From an uncultured Fibrobacterota bacterium (GTDB taxonomy: Bacteria; Fibrobacterota; Chitinivibrionia; Chitinivibrionales; FEN-1185), in assembly GCA_963729895.1 (NCBI GenBank), contig CAVSQB010000005.1, positions 377,943 through 441,942 on the forward strand: a DNA stretch of 64,000 nt, read 5' to 3'. Below are positions 17,795-27,118 of the stretch, piece by piece; the first letter of the stretch is position 1; every line of letters starts with the position of its first letter. A program made the position numbers and the translations under genes. The notes beneath the pieces were generated by a model. That model saw only the letters and a program-made list of their open reading frames with translations, was not told the DNA's origin and searched no databases.

Positions 17795-19147
17795 ATGTAC
17801 GACCTGATCATTGTAGGCGGCGGACCGGCCGGCCACGTCGCCGCGGAACACGCGGGCAAGGCCGGTTTGTCAACCCTGCTCATCGAGAAAAGCAACCTGG
17901 GCGGCGTGTGCCTCAACGAGGGGTGCATACCGTCAAAAACGCTGCTGCATTGCGTCAAGTTGTTTACTCAGGCCAAGGCTTCGGAAGCGTTCGGCGTGCG
18001 CACGACCGGAGCGTCCTTCGATCTTGCGGCCGTCATGGCCCGCAAGCGGAAGACCGTGGAAACCCTGCGAAACGGGATCGCGTACACGCTTTCAAAAAGC
18101 AAGGTTGAAACGGTTGCGGGGTCCGCGGTGGTACGGGGAAGCGGCAGCGGTGCTTTCAAGGTGTCTGCCGCCGGCCGGGATCTTGAGGCGCGGCGGCTTC
18201 TCATTTGCACGGGGTCCGAGGCGATACGGCTGGCGGTGCCGGGGGCGCAGCAGGAATTCGTGATGACAAACAGGGAAATCCTGTCCCTCACTTCCATCCC
18301 GGCAACGATAACGGTGATCGGCGCCGGAGCAATCGGCCTGGAGTTTGCCTCGTTTTTCGCCGAAGCGGGAAGCAGGGCAAGCGTGGTGGAAATCCTGCCG
18401 CACATCGGCGGACGGCTCGACAGGGACATCGGCATCGCCCTGCGACGTGAACTTGAGAAAAAGGGAATCGCGTTCCATCTGCAATCGAAAGTAACTTCGA
18501 TAGGCGATCATTCCGTCTCCTTCGAGACCGGCGGGAAAACCGAGACGCTGCCGGCGGAAATTGTTCTCGTGAGCGTGGGCCGGAACCCTGCCATAACGGG
18601 ATTCGGCCTCGAAACGCTCGGCGTGTCTGTTGACAAGGGCGCGATTGTGACGGACGAACGGTGCAGGACCGCCGTGGAGGGCGTCTGGGCCGCGGGCGAC
18701 GTCAACGGGGTGTCGATGCTCGCGCACACCGCGTTCCGCGAGGCGCGGGTCTGCATCGACGACATGCTCGGCAAACAGGCCCGTGTCAACTACGACGCCA
18801 TCCCGTCGGTTATCTACACCCACCCGGAGGCCGCCGCGGTTGGCTTGACAAGAGACGAGGCCGCCGCACGGGGCTTTACTCCCGTTGAGGCGCGGCTGCC
18901 CCTCACCTTCAACGGCCGTTACCTTGCGGAAACCGAGGGCGAACGGGGAGCGATACGGGTGGTTGCCGATGCGAACAGCGGGAGGCTGCTGGGCGTCCAC
19001 CTGCTCGGCGGCAATTGTTCGGAACTCATCTTCGGCGCGGCCGCAATGATCGAACGCGGTCTGACGGTAGAGGACGTTTCGAAAATCGTTTTTCCCCATC
19101 CGACGATATCCGAGATACTGTGGGACGCGGTTGCACGGCTTGGATAA
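17795..19147 (+). CDS. lpdA: Dihydrolipoyl dehydrogenase
   Basis: GGGPAG, GGVCLNEGCIPSK redox disulfide, GAGAIGLE, C-terminal HPTISE. Confidence 0.93.
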   Translation: MYDLIIVGGGPAGHVAAEHAGKAGLSTLLIEKSNLGGVCLNEGCIPSKTLLHCVKLFTQAKASEAFGVRTTGASFDLAAVMARKRKTVETLRNGIAYTLSKSKVETVAGSAVVRGSGSGAFKVSAAGRDLEARRLLICTGSEAIRLAVPGAQQEFVMTNREILSLTSIPATITVIGAGAIGLEFASFFAEAGSRASVVEILPHIGGRLDRDIGIALRRELEKKGIAFHLQSKVTSIGDHSVSFETGGKTETLPAEIVLVSVGRNPAITGFGLETLGVSVDKGAIVTDERCRTAVEGVWAAGDVNGVSMLAHTAFREARVCIDDMLGKQARVNYDAIPSVIYTHPEAAAVGLTRDEAAARGFTPVEARLPLTFNGRYLAETEGERGAIRVVADANSGRLLGVHLLGGNCSELIFGAAAMIERGLTVEDVSKIVFPHPTISEILWDAVARLG

Positions 19148-19154
19148 GCCTCCT

Positions 19155-20324
19155 ATGCTCATCATCCATTTGAAGCCGGGCAAAGACAAACCCATCCGCA
19201 TGGGCCACCCGTGGGTGTTCTCCGGCGCGATTGCTGAAAAGGAAGGGACGGGAGCGGCCGGAGAGCAGTGCAGCGTCGTGTCCGCCTCGGGCGAGCCGCT
19301 CGGCACAGGCTGCTACAACCAACATTCGGCAATCCGGGTGCGCATGCTTGCAGGAAAAGGAGAAACGTTCGACGCCGGCGTGCTGGCGGGGCGCATCCGG
19401 GACGCCGTCGCGCGCCGCGCGCCCATTCTCGTTACGGGCACCGATTCGTGCCGTCTTGTCAATTCGGAAGGCGACCGCCTGCCGGGGCTGATAGTAGACA
19501 AATACGCAAGCGGGGTATGCCTTCAGATCCTTACCGCGGGCATGGAGCGGTACCGGACCGCCGTTCTGGACGGCCTCAACCGGTGGTGTACGCCCGCGTT
19601 CGTCTATGAACGCTCCGACACGGACGCACGGGCGAGGGAAGGGCTTGCTTTGCAGGAAGGCCCCGTGAGCGGCGCGATCCCCGGGGAGCTTGTGGTGGCC
19701 GAAAACGGGCTCAGGTTTGCGGCCGATCTTTTGGCGGGCCAGAAGACCGGGTTCTTCTTTGACCAGCGGGAGAACCGGAAGCTGTTCCGCGCCTATGCGG
19801 GGGGCAAGGCCGTGTGCGACTGTTTCTGTTATTCTGGAGCGTTTTCGGTGCACGGGCTTGCCGGAGGCGCCCGTTCGGCGCTGATGGTTGATATATCGGA
19901 CGCCGCCGTTCTTTCCGCACAAAAGAATTGCCGTCTCAACGGTTTCGGCGCGGAACTATCCCAGGGCGTTTCCGCCGACGTGTTCCGGTTTCTGCGCTCA
20001 ACCGACCGCCGCTTCGGCTGCATCGTGCTCGATCCGCCCAAATTCGCGCGCCACAAGGGCGAGGTCGAGGCGGCTGCGCGCGGGTACAAGGACATAAACC
20101 TGCTTGCGTTCAGGAACGTCGAGCCCGGCGGGATCGTGTTCACCTTTTCGTGTTCAAATGCGGTCGACCCGACCCTGTTCAGACAGATTGTGTTTGCGGC
20201 GGCTGCGGATTCGGGAAGGTTTGTCACCGTGCTTCACGTGCTTGCGGCCGGACCCGATCATCCGTTCAACATCGCCCACCGGGAAGGCGAATACCTCAAG
20301 GGACTGGCGTTGAGAGTTGAGTAG
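19155..20324 (+). CDS. rlmI: 23S rRNA m5C1962 methyltransferase (RlmI family)
   Basis: PUA domain GHPWVFS, SEGDRLPGLIVD, GQKTGFFFDQRENR, LDPPKF, YLKG. Confidence 0.85.
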   Translation: MLIIHLKPGKDKPIRMGHPWVFSGAIAEKEGTGAAGEQCSVVSASGEPLGTGCYNQHSAIRVRMLAGKGETFDAGVLAGRIRDAVARRAPILVTGTDSCRLVNSEGDRLPGLIVDKYASGVCLQILTAGMERYRTAVLDGLNRWCTPAFVYERSDTDARAREGLALQEGPVSGAIPGELVVAENGLRFAADLLAGQKTGFFFDQRENRKLFRAYAGGKAVCDCFCYSGAFSVHGLAGGARSALMVDISDAAVLSAQKNCRLNGFGAELSQGVSADVFRFLRSTDRRFGCIVLDPPKFARHKGEVEAAARGYKDINLLAFRNVEPGGIVFTFSCSNAVDPTLFRQIVFAAAADSGRFVTVLHVLAAGPDHPFNIAHREGEYLKGLALRVE

Positions 20325-20352
20325 GGAGCCGAACATCGGCAAAAGAAAGTGC

Positions 20353-20381
20353 TTGACAATTTGCCCGCAATACTGCATATT
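20353..20381 (+). promoter_or_regulatory. Sigma70-type promoter of rho
   Basis: TTGACA-17 bp-CATATT, about 390 bp upstream of the rho ATG. Confidence 0.55.
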
Positions 20382-20774
20382 TATGAGCAGAACAGAGTGC
20401 AAAGAACCAGTTTGATCCTGTTTCAGCCTCATACGACACCATATCGGCCCAAGAACCTATCTCAAATCGTATTCGATACATACAATCTCCAACAATGGAT
20501 GTTCATACAAGGGCGTGATTTTTTGTCGAGTGGCACGTTGATGCCTTCTCGCTTGTAGAATCCAAAGCGAAACACCGATCAGGTCCCAGCAAGGCCGGTT
20601 TTCTTCGGCTTTACCGTATATTCGTTTGTCAAAGTAAGCTCGCTTGATGCCGTTCTCCAAAATTCTTATTGTGAACACGTTTCAAGAGGCTTGTACAGGG
20701 CTTTTCCCTGGACGTTGCGCAAGTCCGGCGTCGGGGGAAAAAAATATTCTTTTCAAAATTTCACTTGTTGAGGT

Positions 20775-22028
20775 ATGTCGATGAATGTTGCAGAGCTAAA
20801 AACAAGGGCGATGACCGAACTCTACGATCTTGCCATCAATCTGAGCGTTGGAGATCACAGGAATCTTCGAAGACAGGAACTCATTTTCAAGATTCTTCAG
20901 GCGCAGGCCGCCCAGAACGGACAGATGTTCGCCGAGGGTGTACTGGAAATCATGCCCGACGGATTCGGGTTTTTGCGGTCTCCGCTCAACAGCTACCTTT
21001 CCGGACCCGACGATATTTACGTTTCTCCGTCCCAGATAAAACGGTTCTATCTCAAGACCGGGGACACGGTTTCGGGCCAGGTGCGGCCGCCCAAAGACTC
21101 CGAGCGCTACTTCGCGCTTCTACGCGTGGAAATGGTCAATTACGAAGACCCGGAGGAATGCAAGAAGAAGATAAATTTCGACGACCTTACGCCGCTGTTC
21201 CCCCAGGAACGGTTCAACCTGGAATACGACGCAAAGGAAATCTCCACGCGCATCATGAACCTTGCCACTCCCATCGGTAAAGGCCAGCGCGGCCTGATCG
21301 TGGCGCCGCCCCGTACAGGGAAAACCGTGCTGCTCAAGAACATCGCCAACGCAATCTCCACCAACCATCCCGAGGCCGTGCTCATTGTGCTGCTCATCGA
21401 CGAACGGCCCGAGGAAGTCACCGATATGTCGCGGTCTGTAAAGGCAGAAGTGATCAGTTCCACGTTCGACGAGCCGGCCGAGCGGCACGTGGTGGTGGCC
21501 GAAATGGCCATCGAACGTGCAAAGCGCCTGGTGGAGCACAACAAGGACGTGGTGATCCTGCTCGATTCCATTACCCGTCTGGCAAGGGCGCACAACACCG
21601 TGGCGCCGCACTCGGGAAGAATTCTTTCCGGCGGCGTGGACTCCCAGGCGCTGTACAAACCCAAGCGGTTCTTCGGCGCGGCGCGCAACATCGACAACGG
21701 CGGAAGCCTCACTATAATCGCCACGGCGCTCATCGAAACGGGAAGCCGCATGGACGAGGTGATTTTCGAGGAATTCAAAGGTACGGGGAACATGGAACTC
21801 GTGCTCGACCGGAAGATAGCGGACCGCCGCATCTATCCGGCCATCGACCTCATGAAGAGCGGCACGCGCAAGGAAGAGCTCCTGCTTACCAAAGAGGAAC
21901 TCAACCGGATGTGGGTCCTGCGCAAGTTCCTTGCGACCATGACGCCGGTCGAGATGATGGAATTTCTCAACGAGAAGATAAGCGGGACCAAGACCAACAA
22001 AGACTTTCTGGAGTCGATGAAGAGTTAA
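20775..22028 (+). CDS. rho: Transcription termination factor Rho
   Basis: [43 protein letters not shown]. Confidence 0.98.
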   Translation: MSMNVAELKTRAMTELYDLAINLSVGDHRNLRRQELIFKILQAQAAQNGQMFAEGVLEIMPDGFGFLRSPLNSYLSGPDDIYVSPSQIKRFYLKTGDTVSGQVRPPKDSERYFALLRVEMVNYEDPEECKKKINFDDLTPLFPQERFNLEYDAKEISTRIMNLATPIGKGQRGLIVAPPRTGKTVLLKNIANAISTNHPEAVLIVLLIDERPEEVTDMSRSVKAEVISSTFDEPAERHVVVAEMAIERAKRLVEHNKDVVILLDSITRLARAHNTVAPHSGRILSGGVDSQALYKPKRFFGAARNIDNGGSLTIIATALIETGSRMDEVIFEEFKGTGNMELVLDRKIADRRIYPAIDLMKSGTRKEELLLTKEELNRMWVLRKFLATMTPVEMMEFLNEKISGTKTNKDFLESMKS

Positions 22029-22034
22029 AAAATG

Positions 22035-22119
22035 GTTGGAGCGTTCGTGCGTTAGAGCGTTGGAGCGTTGAATAAATCTTCAGTAACCTTCTAACAGTTG
22101 AACGCTCCAACGCTCGAAC
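22035..22119. repeat. Inverted array of 8-bp tandem repeats between rho and proC
   Basis: GTTGGAGC GTTCGTGC GTTAGAGC GTTGGAGC GTTGAA, then AACCTTCT AACAGTTG AACGCTCC AACGCTCG AAC. Confidence 0.8.
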
Positions 22120-22126
22120 CTTTCTC

Positions 22127-22945
22127 ATGGAGCAACAGATGCGAGTAGCAGTTCTGGGATGCGGCAACATGGGACGTGCCATCATCACAAGCCTGCTCAA
22201 GCGATACGGCGACATTTCCGTAATCGCGTACGACAAGAGCGAGGCGGTCCTCAAGTTTCTGCCCGACGAAGCACTGGTTGTTCCGCCCGACGAATGGGAC
22301 CTGGAAGAAAACCAGGCCGACGCCGTTGTCGTTGCCGTGAAGCCGCAGGACATGGCCGAGGCGCTCAAGGTGTTTTCCGGCCTTGCAGAACATCCCGATA
22401 GTCCGCTCTTCATGTCCATCGCAGCCGGCATGAGCATCGCCGGAATCGAAAAGCTGCTGCCCGCTCACGCGCGCATTTGCAGGGTGATGCCCAACACGCC
22501 GGCACTGGTGGGCGAGGCGATGTCGGCCTACTGCCTCAACGGCCGCTGCCGTGATTCCGACAAGATACTCGTGGAACAGGTGTTGAGCGCGTTCGGCAAG
22601 GTGCTTCGCGTCCAGGAAAAGCTCATGAACGCAGTCACCGGGCTTTCGGGAAGCGGGCCCGCCTATGTATACCTCTTTATCGAGGCGCTCATCGAAGGCG
22701 GAGTGGCTGCCGGCATTCCGTATGCCGTTGCAAAGGAGTGCGCGGTGCAGACCGTTGTGGGCGCGGCCCGCATGGTGGAACTCCGCGGAGAGTCTCCGTC
22801 GGCGCTCAAGGCGGCGGTCATGTCGCCCGGCGGCACCACGGTGCGGGGGCTGCTGGCGCTCGAGGAAAACAAGTTCAAATTCTCTGTTATCAAGGCTGTC
22901 GTGGATGCGTCCGCGCGCGCGGAGGAACTGGGGAAGCTGGAATAG
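22127..22945 (+). CDS. proC: Pyrroline-5-carboxylate reductase
   Basis: GCGNMG, AVKPQ, RVMPNTP, GSGPAY, SPGGTT. Confidence 0.95.
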   Translation: MEQQMRVAVLGCGNMGRAIITSLLKRYGDISVIAYDKSEAVLKFLPDEALVVPPDEWDLEENQADAVVVAVKPQDMAEALKVFSGLAEHPDSPLFMSIAAGMSIAGIEKLLPAHARICRVMPNTPALVGEAMSAYCLNGRCRDSDKILVEQVLSAFGKVLRVQEKLMNAVTGLSGSGPAYVYLFIEALIEGGVAAGIPYAVAKECAVQTVVGAARMVELRGESPSALKAAVMSPGGTTVRGLLALEENKFKFSVIKAVVDASARAEELGKLE

Positions 22946-22993
22946 GATTGCGGTGCCGCCCGGGGTCGGGTAATGCACGGAGAGGAAATTCGC

Positions 22994-23812
22994 ATGAAAG
23001 CCGTTTTTGCCGTCTGCGTAGTGGTGCTGTCGCTCGCCGTTTCCGGTGAGAACGCGCCCGAAAGCAAGCTGCTTCCGGCCGGGACCCCCGCACCGAGTTT
23101 TTCGCTTCCTTCGTTATCGGGTGACCGGGTCTCGCTTTCCACCTATTGCGGAGCGACCCTTTCCAAGCCCTACCTCAACAAGATCAGGCACACGGTTATC
23201 GTCAGTTTTTGGGCCACGTACTGCAAACCGTGCCAGAAGGAAATTCCCGAACTCCAGACGTTTGCCGGCAAGCACAAGAAAGACAACGTGATTGTTTTGT
23301 GCGTGAGCATAGACAAGGAAGGCGCGGACATCGTGGACCCATTTGTCAAGGAGAAGGGATACGCCGTGCAGGTACTGCTCGACCCGTACACCAAGACGTC
23401 GGAACGCTACGGCGTCAGGTCGCTTCCCGCCCTCTTTGTGATTGACACTATGGGTATTATCCGTTTTGCCTCCCTCGGCTACGACGAGAAGAATCCTCTG
23501 GACCCAAAACTCGAAAAGATTCTCAAGGCAATTCGGGAGGGCGCAAAGATCTCCGTGGCGGAGGAAGGCGGGGCATTTGTTCCCGTTGATACGGTCGGCT
23601 CCAGAAATCCAAGGGTCGGGGCCGGCGAGACGCCAAAGCCCCTGCGGCCTTCGCCGAAGCAGCGATGGAACGCAATTGCCAGAGTGGAATGCGGTGAACC
23701 TATCGAAAAGGTGGCTGCCGCCATCGGCGTGACGCCCGCGGAATTGCATGCCTGGTACGGAGATCTGAAAAAGGCCGCTTCAGCTATGTGGGCGGGGGAC
23801 ACTACCCGGTAA
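22994..23812 (+). CDS. TlpA/ResA-like thiol-disulfide oxidoreductase with a C-terminal HTH-like extension
   Basis: N-terminal hydrophobic segment, APSFSL, FWATYCKPCQKEIP, YGVRSLP; tail 'EPIEKVAAAIGVTPAELHAW'. Confidence 0.8.
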   Translation: MKAVFAVCVVVLSLAVSGENAPESKLLPAGTPAPSFSLPSLSGDRVSLSTYCGATLSKPYLNKIRHTVIVSFWATYCKPCQKEIPELQTFAGKHKKDNVIVLCVSIDKEGADIVDPFVKEKGYAVQVLLDPYTKTSERYGVRSLPALFVIDTMGIIRFASLGYDEKNPLDPKLEKILKAIREGAKISVAEEGGAFVPVDTVGSRNPRVGAGETPKPLRPSPKQRWNAIARVECGEPIEKVAAAIGVTPAELHAWYGDLKKAASAMWAGDTTR

Positions 23813-23969
23813 CGGTTCCACCGGCCATCGGCCCTTTGTTTTTGACCTTGATGCGTGAAGCGGTTATTTATATTTCTTGGGAAGGTCGGGGCGCCGGACT
23901 GCATAGGTGCACAAGGTGCCGGGTCGAAGGCGATGCCCCTGACACAAGCCCCGGGTGGAAAAACAAATC

Positions 23970-24830
23970 ATGCCTACTTTTACCATATCGGTCAATAACA
24001 AGGCTCTCGGGACATACGTAGTCAAGAAGACCGTTATTTCAATCGGACGCTCTCGCACAAACACCATTTCAATTGCCAGCAAGGCAGTCTCCCGCACCCA
24101 CGTTCGCATCGAGCTCACCCGCGAAGGATGGAGCGTCGCGGATCTCGGATCCCTCAACGGCACCTATGTGAATGACATTCGCATCACAAGCGCGTTTCTG
24201 TCCGAAGGTGACAAGGTAACCGTTGGTGCTTACACCATACTTTTTTCCCCGGAGCCATCACAGGATACCGTGGAAGAGGAACTTCGCCCGGCCGCTCAGG
24301 CAGAACCACCGGAAGGCACGGACACCGATGTCCGCGTGGAAGGGGCGCCGCCTGCCACCGAAACGGCAATCGCTCCCGCCAAGGATCAGCCCAATCCGCC
24401 TCCCGGGCCGCAATCGATGCCGCCGGAACCGGAGCGTGCGGCTGCCGCCTCTTCCCTTGACGTTACCGGGGAAAAAGCATCGGACGCGGCCCCCGAAGTG
24501 TCGGTGCCTCCCGAAACGAAGAACTACCAAATTTCCCCTCAGCACTATGTTGACGAACAGGAGAAACGTGCCGGAGGAGAAGAGGACCAGCGGAAGAAGA
24601 ACGACCGCCTCGCCCTCCTGCGAAGCAACCCCGCGGGACTGCAACTGGAAGACAGGATACGGCTGGCGATATTTGAAAATCCCCTTGCCGACGAAACCAG
24701 CATCCGCAAAAGGCTGTCGGACGGCGACTTCGGCGGTGCAACAATCGGTCGATCGGAACTGCAATCTCTTCTCAAGCGGCTTGGCCTTGAAACAAAGATC
24801 AAGCGGTACCAGTATTTCCTGCACTCGTAA
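23970..24830 (+). CDS. FHA-domain protein with Pro-rich linker and C-terminal helical domain
   Basis: IGR...VSRTH...DLGSLNGTYVN...LSEGDKVTVG FHA signature. Confidence 0.85.
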   Translation: MPTFTISVNNKALGTYVVKKTVISIGRSRTNTISIASKAVSRTHVRIELTREGWSVADLGSLNGTYVNDIRITSAFLSEGDKVTVGAYTILFSPEPSQDTVEEELRPAAQAEPPEGTDTDVRVEGAPPATETAIAPAKDQPNPPPGPQSMPPEPERAAAASSLDVTGEKASDAAPEVSVPPETKNYQISPQHYVDEQEKRAGGEEDQRKKNDRLALLRSNPAGLQLEDRIRLAIFENPLADETSIRKRLSDGDFGGATIGRSELQSLLKRLGLETKIKRYQYFLHS

Positions 24831-24914
24831 TTGTTGATTTGCAAAAGAGAAACGCGCCTCTTTCGCCGCCGGCGGGATTTTTATGTCTGTTTGCGTGAAG
24901 CGGGGGCCGAAGTT

Positions 24915-25250
24915 CTAGGCGGCTGGAGGGGAAGAAGATCCTTGTGCCGGGTTTTTCGCCCAGAAGCTGTCGTTTACTCGTTTCCTGAGTTCCTTTGAGG
25001 CTTCGAATACGGGCTTGAAGCCTGCAAGAACTTGGATGTGTTCGTTGGTCCTGGGATTGCGGGCCGTTCTGGCTCTTCTCTCCTTGATCTTGAACCTGCC
25101 GAACCCGCGAATCTCGATATTCTTTCCCTGCTGAAGCGCCTTTGAAACTGCTTCCAGAAGGCTTTCAACGACAATCTTCGTATCAACCTGGGTCAGGCCG
25201 GTTCTGTCCGATATCTTTTCGACAAGATCTTTTTTTGTCACGTTTCCCAT
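24915..25250 (-). CDS. HU / integration host factor family DNA-binding protein
   Basis: VTKKDLVEKI, IEIRGFGRF, ARNPRT, PVFEASKELR. Confidence 0.93.
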   Translation of the reverse strand: MGNVTKKDLVEKISDRTGLTQVDTKIVVESLLEAVSKALQQGKNIEIRGFGRFKIKERRARTARNPRTNEHIQVLAGFKPVFEASKELRKRVNDSFWAKNPAQGSSSPPAA

Positions 25251-25444
25251 GAAATGCTCTTTCGATGGTAGGTTGATCTTCTTCTTTTTACCTTCGATAA
25301 CGGTTCAACGTAAAAAACAGGATCATATCAGCCGGTTTATGTCTTTATCAACAAATAGAATATATTTGGTTATGGAATAAAATCAAGTTTTTTTTTGTCG
25401 CGTGTGCGCAGCACGACTGTGAAAATAATTCGGTCATGTGAAAT

Positions 25445-25460
25445 ACACAATATGTTGTGT
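25445..25460. promoter_or_regulatory. NrdR-box-like palindrome
   Basis: ACACAATATGTTGTGT, one mismatch to the acaCwAtATaTwGtgt consensus as I recall it. Confidence 0.45.
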
Positions 25461-25490
25461 CCCATACAGTTATCGGCTACTAGACACTTA

Positions 25491-25613
25491 TGGAATTCAT
25501 TGCCTGCACAAAGGATGAGCGGAACCCCCCGGTATTTTCGGATATAGACTGCGGTATGGTGATCCGGGTTCGATTGATTAAAGGGAATGCCTTCCGTGCA
25601 GGGTGAAACTCCA
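25491..25613. ncRNA. Candidate structured RNA (rod with asymmetric internal bubble; class unresolved)
   Basis: Nested pairings TGGA/TCCA, TTCAT/GTGAA, CCTGCAC/GTGCAGG, AAGG/CCTT, GAACCC/GGGTTC; no convincing ORF. Confidence 0.3.
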
Positions 25614-25916
25614 GAGGAAGCCGCCGTTCACGATGTCCATGAGGACCGCTGCCTCGCACCGCGCGCTCCCGATTCGGGGCGGGCTCCACGCAATGTCTCG
25701 TGTTGCCTCATAATAAAAGGTAACCGAAGGGTCAGATTCGATGCCTCACAAATGAGGTAACCGTAACAAGGTTGAAAATGGTTTTGAGTTTTCTTTCGAT
25801 AGTCTTTTTTAATTGGAATGGATTGAGAGCTGAGATGGTCCGGGATTTTTGAACAGGAAATAATGGTTTCTTAGTTGGATTCCGAGGGTATTTTTTCATT
25901 ATCAAAGGAGTCCAAC

Positions 25917-26279
25917 ATGAACCGGAAGCAGCAAGCGAAGGCCGCCGCGATGTCCCCGAACAGCGATGGCAACCCCGCCAAGCGGACCCGCCGCAAGATC
26001 GACGACGCTCTGAAGACGAAGGTGGTTCTGGAAGCCTTGAAGGAGGCCGAACCGCTGTCCGTTTTGGCAAGTCGGTACGAAGTCCATCCCAACCAGATAG
26101 CTCAGTGGCGCAGGCAGTTTCTTGGCAACGCGCAGATGGCTTTTTCGGGAGACAAGAACGCCGAGCAAGAGCTTGAGCGCGTTCGCGGTGATCGCGATGA
26201 GTATGCACGCAAGGTCGGGGAGCTGACCATGGATGTCGAGTTCCTAAAAAAAAACTTGCGGAAGCTGGGCATGCTATGA
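25917..26279 (+). CDS. IS3 transposase OrfA (HTH)
   Basis: AAGGAG RBS, 'KTKVVLEALK...LASRYEVHPNQIAQWRRQF', ends FLKKNL over an A9 tract. Confidence 0.88.
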   Translation: MNRKQQAKAAAMSPNSDGNPAKRTRRKIDDALKTKVVLEALKEAEPLSVLASRYEVHPNQIAQWRRQFLGNAQMAFSGDKNAEQELERVRGDRDEYARKVGELTMDVEFLKKNLRKLGML

Positions 26280-27118
26280 GAGCAAAGATGGCCGATTCTA
26301 CAAGCGAGGACTTGACTTTGAAGAGGCAGTGTTCGCTGCTTTCCATTTGTCGGACCTCGATTTACTATACGCCGCAGACTAGTCCGATGAACAAGTTGCT
26401 CATGGATCGTATCGATGAGCTATTCACCGATGACCCCACGCGGGGCACCAGAAGGCTCCGGGCGGCCATGAGGCGTCAGTTTGGGCTGGAGGTTGGGCGC
26501 AGCAAGATTCGCAGGCTGATGGCCCGTATGGGCCTCCACGCGATCTACCGGGCCCTGAACACCTCGAAGCCCAATAAGGCACACAAGAAGTACCCGTATC
26601 TGCTTCGTGGCGTAGTGGTCAACCACCCCAACCAGGTGTGGAGCACCGATATCACCTACATCCGCCTCAACGGCGGCTTCGCTTACCTCTGCGCCGTTAT
26701 CGACTGGTACAGTCGGTGCGTCCTTGCATGGCGTCTGTCGACCTCGCTGGACAGCGGCTTCTGCATCGAAGTTCTCAAGGAGGCACTGGCGAAGTACGGA
26801 GAACCGGAAATCTTCAACTCGGATCAGGGATGTCAGTTCACCAGCGAGGAGTTCACCTCGGTGCTCCTTGAACGCGGTATCCGGATCAGCATGGACGGAC
26901 GAGGGCGGGCGCTGGATAACGTGTTTGTCGAGAGGCTGTGGCGAACGGTCAAGTACGACGACATCTACATACGGGGGTACAGCTCCGTTGCCGAGTGCCG
27001 CACCGGCCTTGCGGAGTTCTTTGAACGGTACAACAACCGGAGGGAGCACTCGTCCCTCCTTTACAACTATCCAATGGAAGTGTATATTGGTGAGGTAGTG
27101 CTATCAAAGGCAGCTTGA
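26276..27118 (+). CDS. IS3 transposase OrfB (DDE), in the -1 frame relative to OrfA
   Basis: NQVWSTDITYI, FNSDQGCQFTS, DNVFVERLWRTVKY, YNNRREHSSL. Confidence 0.92.
   Translation: MRAKMADSTSEDLTLKRQCSLLSICRTSIYYTPQTSPMNKLLMDRIDELFTDDPTRGTRRLRAAMRRQFGLEVGRSKIRRLMARMGLHAIYRALNTSKPNKAHKKYPYLLRGVVVNHPNQVWSTDITYIRLNGGFAYLCAVIDWYSRCVLAWRLSTSLDSGFCIEVLKEALAKYGEPEIFNSDQGCQFTSEEFTSVLLERGIRISMDGRGRALDNVFVERLWRTVKYDDIYIRGYSSVAECRTGLAEFFERYNNRREHSSLLYNYPMEVYIGEVVLSKAA

Noticed and set aside
22035..22119. Possible CRISPR array
   Set aside because: Units are 8 bp with no spacers, and no cas genes are present.
25560..25700. Firm call of a cobalamin riboswitch, RNase P RNA or SRP RNA
   Set aside because: Only partial motifs: no B12 box, no GAGGAAAGTCC, no SRP domain IV consensus. 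Kept only as an unclassified candidate.
25732..26346. 204-aa minus-strand ORF ending in the transposase C-terminus
   Set aside because: Chimera of IS3 antisense sequence and the severed tail of the host IS transposase.
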